A DNA stretch of 64,000 bases from Myxococcota bacterium. Lineage in GTDB: Bacteria; Myxococcota_A; Polyangia; JAAYKL01. Shown piece after piece: positions 57,683 to 64,000 of the stretch (the stretch's first letter is position 1; each line of letters begins with the position of its first letter). The translations under genes and the position numbers were made by a program. The notes beneath the pieces are model-generated. The model saw only the letters and a list, made by a program, of their open reading frames with translations. It did not search any database and was not told the DNA's origin. Location of the stretch: contig JANQET010000236.1 in assembly GCA_028278265.1 (NCBI GenBank), forward strand, positions 801 to 64,800, in the 5' to 3' direction.

Positions 57683-58545
57683 TCTTCAATGCGCACATCG
57701 ATATTGCCTTCGTAGCTGGTGAGCCGAACCAGGGTCTTTCCCGTGGCCATTCGACCTCTGAAATAGTTGTTGGCCTTGTTTTGGGCGGTGACGTCGTCAT
57801 CGACCGAGACCTGACCCCGGCGGCTGTGGGCCTCCAGGTCGAGGGGAGCGCCGGCATCGAAGGTGAATCGCATCGTTCCGTCGAATGTGGATGCCTCCCA
57901 GAACCCGTTGTCGGGGAGGCTCCCGCGAAAATCTACTGAGCCGGAGTGGGTTCGGATGCGCAGTTGGCGAGTTGAGACGAGGGTAAAAAACAGGGCGCCG
58001 TTCACCGACTTGGACTCCATGAACGCCGCTTTGAGCTGGTTACCGCTAATCGTGCCGCTGACAGTTTTCAGTGAGAGATCGCCCTTGATTTCCTTGAGCT
58101 CGATATCCCCGGAGACGGTTTCGATCTCCAACGGGGCCGAACAGGAAGACACCTGCGCGTCCCCCCCCATGGTCACGATTTGAATGCGGCTGTTGAACCC
58201 CTGCACGGTGACGTCGGCGCTCTCGGTGATCACCATCAGCCTGAGGTGTTGTGGCGCATAGATCTTCACTGCATCGCTAATCTTTTTGTCCGGTGACGAG
58301 CCGGCACCGATTTTCAAGACCCCCTGGGCTGCTACGACAGGCAAGGGGGATCGGCGGTGCTCGATGGTGATGTGGTCGCCGTTCCAGGCCATCAATTGCA
58401 CGTTTCCGCTGGTCAGACGCACCTCGATGGTTGACACCTCGTTGGCGTCCACCTTCTGTTTCAAATCGGCCAGGGCCGGTGACGAGGCGCACAACAGCGC
58501 GCCGATGGCCCACAACATTCGTATTTTTCCGGCGTGACGGATCAT
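57679..58545 (-). CDS. DUF4097-like (LiaG/YvlB-type) beta-strand repeat protein, secreted
   Basis: Start at M164 of the track ORF (MIRHAGKIRMLWAIGALLCASSPALA). Repetitive ...VSG.I....G.L.L.TVSG... strands. Confidence 0.55.
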   Translation of the reverse strand: MIRHAGKIRMLWAIGALLCASSPALADLKQKVDANEVSTIEVRLTSGNVQLMAWNGDHITIEHRRSPLPVVAAQGVLKIGAGSSPDKKISDAVKIYAPQHLRLMVITESADVTVQGFNSRIQIVTMGGDAQVSSCSAPLEIETVSGDIELKEIKGDLSLKTVSGTISGNQLKAAFMESKSVNGALFFTLVSTRQLRIRTHSGSVDFRGSLPDNGFWEASTFDGTMRFTFDAGAPLDLEAHSRRGQVSVDDDVTAQNKANNYFRGRMATGKTLVRLTSYEGNIDVRIED

Positions 58546-58546
58546 C

Positions 58547-59209
58547 TCACGCTCCTCCGGGTCGGGTTCGCGATCCGACCAGCTCGAACAAAAAGTCCAT
58601 TTTTTCGCGATAAGCAGCCAGCATTGCCCGATGGGTCTCGGCGTTGTCCGGGTTTTCGAGCATCGCCGCCCGGCACCGTTCGATCGCCCCTTCGATTTCG
58701 GCCAGGCTCTGTTCGACGATTCGCCGGGTCTGGGGATCCAGGCTCGGCTTCTCCTGTTCGAGCGCCTGTTCCAACGAGAGAATTGCGTCTCGATAGGCCA
58801 GTTCTGCCTGTTGCGCCGTAACGAACGCCTGGTTGAGCGCCAAACGATCGGGATGCTCCGCCGGGGGCTCGACGGGTTGGCGATAGAACAAGACGAGCAG
58901 TAAGGCCGCCACCGCCGCGGCGATCGGGACGGGCCACCAGCGGGGAAACCAGGAACCCAAGAGGGTGGCAGCTCCTTTTTCTGCGCTGACTTGCCGATCG
59001 ATTTCAGGCCACAGATCCCGCTTGGGCCGTTCATCCCGGCAGGCGCTCAGGCTGACCTTCAGTCCGCGCAGCAATGTTTCGGCGTGCTGGCATTGGGCAC
59101 AGGTATCGAGGTGGACGGCGATCTCCGCTTGGCGCGATCGGTTCAATTCCGCGTCGATGTAAGCACTGAGCTCCTCGACGTCGACACACTTTAATTTGTC
59201 CTTGATCAC
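58547..59209 (-). CDS. zinc-binding anti-sigma factor (ZAS-like)
   Basis: HLDTCAQCQ (HxxxCxxC) at N-terminus, central TM helix (WWPVPIAAAVAALLLVLF). Sits immediately downstream of the ECF sigma gene. Confidence 0.68.
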   Translation of the reverse strand: MIKDKLKCVDVEELSAYIDAELNRSRQAEIAVHLDTCAQCQHAETLLRGLKVSLSACRDERPKRDLWPEIDRQVSAEKGAATLLGSWFPRWWPVPIAAAVAALLLVLFYRQPVEPPAEHPDRLALNQAFVTAQQAELAYRDAILSLEQALEQEKPSLDPQTRRIVEQSLAEIEGAIERCRAAMLENPDNAETHRAMLAAYREKMDFLFELVGSRTRPGGA

Positions 59210-59211
59210 CC

Positions 59212-59793
59212 TTACCTCCTCGAACCTGCGGCCCGGCTGGCCACTTCCTCACTGCCGTCGGCCACCAAAAATTCGCGCATCTTTGCCCGCGCGCGGTGCA
59301 ACTGACTCTTCGAAGTGCCCACCGACATGCCCAACACTTCGGCAATTTCGGCGTGACGCAGATCCATCACGTCGTGCAAAACGAGCACCTCGCGGTAGCC
59401 GTCGGAGAGTTGATTCAGCGCCCGATCCAGCCATAAGCGGGCCAGGGCGTCAGAGTTGTTCTCCGGCGCCGCAGCGTCGATCAGGGCCACGGTCTTCTTG
59501 CGTCGCTGGTGCAGGTTGCGGCACAAGTTGACCGCGATGCGGAGCAACCAGGTGCGGAACGCCGCTTCGGCGCGAAAACTGCGAATCGATTTCCATGCCC
59601 GGACAAAGGTCTCCTGCAGCATGTCCTCTGCGTCGGCCTCCTGTTTGGTCAGTCGCCGCACGACTGCGTATACATAGGTGTGATGACGGTCGTAGAGCAG
59701 GCGCAGCGCATGCTTGTCGCCCTTCTGGCAACGCTTCACCAAGCCGGCGTCATCGCTTCGGTTGTTCACTGCAACTCCGTCAACCATGCCCAC
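59212..59793 (-). CDS. ECF (sigma-70 family) RNA polymerase sigma factor
   Basis: Sigma-70 regions 2 and 4 (LLYDRHHTYVYAVVRRL, DLRHAEIAEVLGMSVGTSKSQLHRAR). Confidence 0.85.
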   Translation of the reverse strand: MGMVDGVAVNNRSDDAGLVKRCQKGDKHALRLLYDRHHTYVYAVVRRLTKQEADAEDMLQETFVRAWKSIRSFRAEAAFRTWLLRIAVNLCRNLHQRRKKTVALIDAAAPENNSDALARLWLDRALNQLSDGYREVLVLHDVMDLRHAEIAEVLGMSVGTSKSQLHRARAKMREFLVADGSEEVASRAAGSRR

Positions 59794-59965
59794 CTATTGG
59801 GAATGGACCCGGCAACCGCTAAAAAGGTTGTCAGGGCACCGATTTTGACCCAACTACTGATTGTCGGACAGCTCACGCAACCTTTTTTTGGGGTCGCGGG
59901 TCCGTATAGCGATATTACCTGTTATGGGCGCACTATCGATGCCAATCATCATAAGGAGCTGATCA

Positions 59966-61234
59966 ATGAAAGTTAACATTATCAAATTGCTGGGCCTCGT
60001 GGTTTTCGCCGGTATGCTGTTGGCTGGTCGCACCGGCCTGGCCCAGCGGACCAAGGTCGTCGTTATCTTGGATGTCAAACCCTTCGACGAAACCCTGTCC
60101 GCCCAGGAGATCGAACAATTGACCGAAGCGGTCTACGCGGCTGCGACCGAAGTGTCTCCGGAGTTCTATTCCGTCGTCTCGCGCGATAAGCTTCTCTCAT
60201 TGCTCGCGTCACCGGCCAAAACCGGGGATCAGGGCGAACGCTCCCCGACAGAGATCGGCACCTTACTCGGCGCGGATATGGTGTTTTACGGCGAGCTGCG
60301 TCGGCCCGGGGAGGGTCGTCTGGTAGCGACCCTCAAGCTGTTCGAGACGGGCTCGGGACGAATTCTCGGCTTGGAGCGGGCCGAAGCCGCGGACCTGGAC
60401 ACCCTTTGGGGTGAGCTGCGCAAAGTGACCCGGCAGATGCTGCTCCCCCTGGTGACCGGCGGCCTGGCCATCGGAGCTGAGGCGAGGGAGGGCCCCGAAC
60501 CGACCGATCGGGGCCCGGCCGGACCGATTCGTGAGCCCGACTTCCTCATCCAATTCAGAACCAGCCCCGCAGAAGCGGAAATCTACCTGGATGGCCGGGA
60601 GATCTGTGACGAAACACCCTGCTCCTACCGGGTGGAGCCCGGTGACCACGAACTGCGGATCAAGGCCCGGCACTACAAAACCGATAAAAAACGGGTGATC
60701 ATCGACAGCGATCGGGAGCTCAGCTTCAGGCTCGAACCGAAGAAGTACAACTATTTCGGCATGCACGACGCGGATCGGGCGGGGTATGGGGTGACTGTGG
60801 GGATATCGCCGTTGGAAAAAGAGTACAAGACCCTCTCCGTGCTCAGCGGATCCGAATTCGGCAACCTACATCCGGTGTTCGATGTGGGCTCCAATGGGGA
60901 GATTTTCGGTTATCGACAGACAGCCGAAGCGGCCAGCTGGTCCATCTTGGGGTTCGGCCCCTCCTTTCGCATCGGCCGCATCATGATCAGCTCCCAGGTC
61001 CAGTTGCTCTCCTTTCGCCGGGATTCGGACAAGGAGGGGGGACGGGACGGAGGATGGCAGCCCGGGGTAACCAATCGGGTGCAAATCCCGCTGATCAACT
61101 CCCGCGAGGCCAGAAAATGGACCGCCCTAATCCCCACCCCGGCGGCCGGCTTCGATGTCTGGTTCGATGATCTGGACTACGACCAATACCACTTCTGGCT
61201 GGGCCTGAGCTGGTTGGGGGGCGTGGGCTTCTAG
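59966..61234 (+). CDS. secreted PEGA-domain protein
   Basis: Signal peptide MKVNIIKLLGLVVFAGMLLA. PEGA-like AEIYLDGREICDETPCSYRVEPGDHELRIK. Confidence 0.55.
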   Translation: MKVNIIKLLGLVVFAGMLLAGRTGLAQRTKVVVILDVKPFDETLSAQEIEQLTEAVYAAATEVSPEFYSVVSRDKLLSLLASPAKTGDQGERSPTEIGTLLGADMVFYGELRRPGEGRLVATLKLFETGSGRILGLERAEAADLDTLWGELRKVTRQMLLPLVTGGLAIGAEAREGPEPTDRGPAGPIREPDFLIQFRTSPAEAEIYLDGREICDETPCSYRVEPGDHELRIKARHYKTDKKRVIIDSDRELSFRLEPKKYNYFGMHDADRAGYGVTVGISPLEKEYKTLSVLSGSEFGNLHPVFDVGSNGEIFGYRQTAEAASWSILGFGPSFRIGRIMISSQVQLLSFRRDSDKEGGRDGGWQPGVTNRVQIPLINSREARKWTALIPTPAAGFDVWFDDLDYDQYHFWLGLSWLGGVGF

Positions 61235-61242
61235 TTGACCGA

Positions 61243-63633
61243 TTATTTGTTCTTTTTCGGATCTGTTTTTTCGAAATATCCCAATGCTTCCAGCTGCTTG
61301 CGAGTTTGGGGATCGATGGTTGCTTCCTCTGGGCGGTGGACCCGCTTGCCCTTGATGTTGTGGTTTTTCCCGGCCTTGGTGGTCGGCCGGGGGCTGTTCA
61401 GGGAGCCCAAGTGGAGCCCCAGGGCATCCCGCATCAGGGCCAGCGCAGCGGGGCGCTCGGCTGCCAGGTCGGTGGTTTCCCGGGTATCGGTTTTCAAATC
61501 GAACAGGAGGGGGTTGAGCCCTTTGTAAATCACCTTGTAGCGTCCCATTCGCGCTGCCCGCTGGCTGTTGAGGAACTCGGAGAAGGTGACCGAGGGGTAG
61601 CGGCCGGTGGATGTTCCCATCAATTGGGGCACCAGCGATTCACCTTCCAGGTCGGCCGGGGGCTCCACGCCGAGAATGTCACAGCAGGTGGGGAACACGT
61701 CGGCCAGGTTGACCTCGGCGGTCGATCGGGTCCCTCCGTCGTTCGCCGCGCCGGGGAGTCGAACCATTAGCGGCACGTGGAGCAGCTCTTCGTACAGGGA
61801 GTGTCCGTGGCCCACCAGACCGTGCTCGAAAAACTCCTCGCCGTGATCCGAGGTGACCACGATCAGCGTATCGTCCAGTAGTCCGTGGCGCTCCAGGGCA
61901 TCGTGGAGCCGGGCGAGCTGGTCGTCGTGGTAGCTGATCTCGCCGTCGTACAGAGCCTCGAGCCGAATTTTGTCCCGGTCCGACAGTTTGAGGGATCCGG
62001 TTTTGACCTTTTCGAGCAGCTTGGCCGTCTGGGTCGGCTTGACCGGACCGTTGTACGGCAGGCTGTCATAGCGCGACCAATACGCCTTGGGCGGAATGTA
62101 CGGCACATGGGGATCGATGGTGTGCACATAGAGAAAGAACGGCTTGTCCGGCGGCCGCGAATCGAGCCAGTTGATCGCATCGTCGATCACGTAGCGGGCC
62201 CGGTTGGCCTTGCCCTCGCGCACGTAATTGGTCCACGTATCCCAACCCCGTTTGAAGCCGAATTTGTCGGAGACGTATCCGTTGGCGACAAACGCCGCAG
62301 TGGTAAAGCCCATTGCCTTCAAGTGCTCGGAGGCCATGCGCACTGATTTGGGTAGTTTGGCTCGATCGTCTTTGGTCAGATGGGTCTGGGGATAGAGGCC
62401 GCTGAGCAGACTGGCGATAGATGGTTTGGTCCAGTTCTCAGAGGCAAAGGCGCGCTCAAAGACCATCGATTGGTTGGCCAGCTTGTCCAGGTAGGGGGTC
62501 TGTACGCGGGTGGAGGGGTTGTGAAAGACCAGCCGATCCGCGCGCAGGGTGTCGATGAGCACGAGCACGAGATGTTTCGCTCGAGATTTGCCGGAGGCGA
62601 TCGGTTTCTGTTGCACCGGCCGGTGAAGGGCGATGTTGTCCAGCACTACTTCGCCCCGATCGGCGCGAAAGAGGAGGGTCACCGCTTGATCGCTGTAGGC
62701 GGCGAGGGAACTGTCGATCGGCGCGGCCTGTTGGCCCACCTCGAGCTGGGCCAGGGGGGTGGATTTGTTGTTACGCACGAGGGAAATCGTCAATTGGCCG
62801 GCGGTGTCGACGATGCGAGAGCGCAGGGTGCCGACCAGGCGGGCCCCCGGTGGGAGCAATAGATTGTAGGCCAGTGATTCACCGGCGGTGAGCACCAGAT
62901 CCGCCCTGCCCCCTTTGGGGTCGGGGAAGTGCACCGCGTCGATGGATGACGCCGCCGGTCCGCTCGCCGCCTGATGGGAGATAACCCGCAGATAGTCGAG
63001 GGCCAACGCCGCCGGTTGGCGCGCCCGACCCGGTGGCCGGCGGTCCGCGCGCAACAGAATTTTGTTTTGACCCGCTCTTAAGCCCTCTTCGACCTTGATG
63101 GCGAAGTGGGAGAAGTGATCGGTGGGAAACTGGACCCGGCCGATGGCCTCGCCGTTGAGATACACCCGGGCGCTGTCCGAGCCGACTGCCCGGCCGCGAA
63201 ATGCGATGGTGCCGCCACCGGCCTCGTCGGGCAGCAGATCGAAAAAGAGGGTCGCCGTGTTGGCGGTCATCCGGCTGTAGGTCACCTCCTGTTCGACGAA
63301 TGCCCCGCGCCACCCGCTGCGCCAGTTGCCCAAGGTGTACTTGTGCTGACCGGGGGTACCGAAATCGATCAGCAGCCCGCCCGAGCGCAGATGGGCCCGG
63401 TGGAGCTGCCCGGAGAAGTCGAACAGGGGTTCGCTCTGGGCGCGGTCCTGGTCGGTGCGCTTCGGCGACGGTGCGGAGCGACGGTTCGGTTGGCCTTTCT
63501 CAACGGTGTTGGTTTTGGCGACCTCCCCCTCAGAGCTGCGGGGTGGCGCCGGTTGGGCGGTTCCCCCGCCGTTACCACACGCCGCTGCGACCACCATCCA
63601 GCTGAGGAGAGTAGTGCGAAATTGAATCGTCAT
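61243..63633 (-). CDS. sulfatase-like hydrolase/transferase (alkaline-phosphatase superfamily) with ~400-aa N-terminal extra domain
   Basis: LVLVLIDTLRADRL...NWTKPSIASLLSGLYP...DHGEEF...GHGHS core. No C/S-x-P-x-R formylglycine motif seen. Start assumed at M14 (63633); could be 63672. Confidence 0.72.
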   Translation of the reverse strand: MTIQFRTTLLSWMVVAAACGNGGGTAQPAPPRSSEGEVAKTNTVEKGQPNRRSAPSPKRTDQDRAQSEPLFDFSGQLHRAHLRSGGLLIDFGTPGQHKYTLGNWRSGWRGAFVEQEVTYSRMTANTATLFFDLLPDEAGGGTIAFRGRAVGSDSARVYLNGEAIGRVQFPTDHFSHFAIKVEEGLRAGQNKILLRADRRPPGRARQPAALALDYLRVISHQAASGPAASSIDAVHFPDPKGGRADLVLTAGESLAYNLLLPPGARLVGTLRSRIVDTAGQLTISLVRNNKSTPLAQLEVGQQAAPIDSSLAAYSDQAVTLLFRADRGEVVLDNIALHRPVQQKPIASGKSRAKHLVLVLIDTLRADRLVFHNPSTRVQTPYLDKLANQSMVFERAFASENWTKPSIASLLSGLYPQTHLTKDDRAKLPKSVRMASEHLKAMGFTTAAFVANGYVSDKFGFKRGWDTWTNYVREGKANRARYVIDDAINWLDSRPPDKPFFLYVHTIDPHVPYIPPKAYWSRYDSLPYNGPVKPTQTAKLLEKVKTGSLKLSDRDKIRLEALYDGEISYHDDQLARLHDALERHGLLDDTLIVVTSDHGEEFFEHGLVGHGHSLYEELLHVPLMVRLPGAANDGGTRSTAEVNLADVFPTCCDILGVEPPADLEGESLVPQLMGTSTGRYPSVTFSEFLNSQRAARMGRYKVIYKGLNPLLFDLKTDTRETTDLAAERPAALALMRDALGLHLGSLNSPRPTTKAGKNHNIKGKRVHRPEEATIDPQTRKQLEALGYFEKTDPKKNK

Positions 63634-63672
63634 CTTGTACCCGTTATAGAGGGTTCTGGGCTGAAATTCCAT

Positions 63673-63927
63673 TTATTGTCCCTCTGCCGTAGGGGTGCCG
63701 ACGGCCGGTTTGAGGGCCCGAAAACAGGGCCACAGCAGGGTGAGGTTTCCCCCGACTCGGCCGATGAGCAGCGCGACGGCCCCGGCGGTGGCGCCAACCA
63801 GGTCCAGCACGTCGATCGCGACCCAGAGGGTGATGCCGATGCCCAGCACCTCGATTATCGTCGCCGCGGTCACCGGCACGGTGTGGCGTTTCTTGACCAG
63901 GATGCCCCACTGAAACGAGAGCAACAC
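63673..63927 (-). CDS. small hydrophobic membrane protein (doubtful; may be a 3' fragment of a longer gene)
   Basis: ORF only; two hydrophobic helices. Confidence 0.2.
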   Translation of the reverse strand: MLLSFQWGILVKKRHTVPVTAATIIEVLGIGITLWVAIDVLDLVGATAGAVALLIGRVGGNLTLLWPCFRALKPAVGTPTAEGQ

Positions 63928-64000
63928 CCCCAGCGCGGGGAAGATGACCAGGATGCGAATCGGCGTGGTGGCAAATGCGGCCAGGGCCGGCGACAGACCG

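Noticed and set aside
1-64000. Mobile elements, CRISPR arrays, tRNA/rRNA genes, prophage remnants
   Set aside because: No transposase/integrase-like ORFs, no direct-repeat/spacer arrays (all repeats are in-frame coding microsatellites), and no tRNA-like cloverleaf candidates were noticed.

Overview
This is a high-GC (about 60-65%) bacterial chromosomal segment, densely coding on both strands. The lifestyle looks Myxococcota-like or similar predatory/deltaproteobacterial, inferred from the many secreted hydrolases, FHA/ECF/GGDEF signalling proteins and Cys-containing C-terminal tails resembling MYXO-CTERM. The window opens with an arginine-biosynthesis block (argG-argH-carA-carB).

The accessory region from 7 to 32 kb holds: an SF1 helicase fused to an endonuclease-like domain, with a SAM methyltransferase and an HTH-PBP regulator nearby; an orphan B12-binding radical SAM enzyme; and a run of secreted proteins (GEVED-repeat protein, PA-domain protein, Cys-rich protein, AS-family amidase, S8 subtilase, M29 aminopeptidase, porin-like barrel, di-haem lipoprotein, M4/M36-like metalloprotease). 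Most of these carry (Asp-Thr/Ser/Ala)n or poly-Asp linkers encoded by near-identical GAT-ACC/GAC-ACG DNA repeats.

The most striking feature is a ~13.7 kb candidate biosynthetic cluster (32974-46679). It combines four radical SAM enzymes (two are tandem paralogues with an N-terminal Cys-rich domain) with a dedicated type-II FAS/PKS-like module (FabZ-like dehydratase, a KS-like protein lacking the catalytic Cys, ketosynthase, ketoreductase, ACP), an alpha/beta hydrolase, a second SDR, a polytopic Cys-motif membrane protein, a nitroreductase and a divergent LysR regulator. I could not match this combination to a characterised pathway.

Downstream lie a selenocysteine-containing selD (in-frame TGA plus SECIS-like hairpin), a flavin-reductase/VOC fusion, an adenylate cyclase, an extraordinary poly-Asp lipoprotein, a giant S41 protease, a double-FHA protein, an ECF sigma / zinc anti-sigma / DUF4097 triad, a PEGA protein and a sulfatase-like enzyme.

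Several long ORFs in the supplied track are N-terminal over-extensions; corrected starts are given. No rRNA, tRNA, CRISPR or obvious IS elements were seen.
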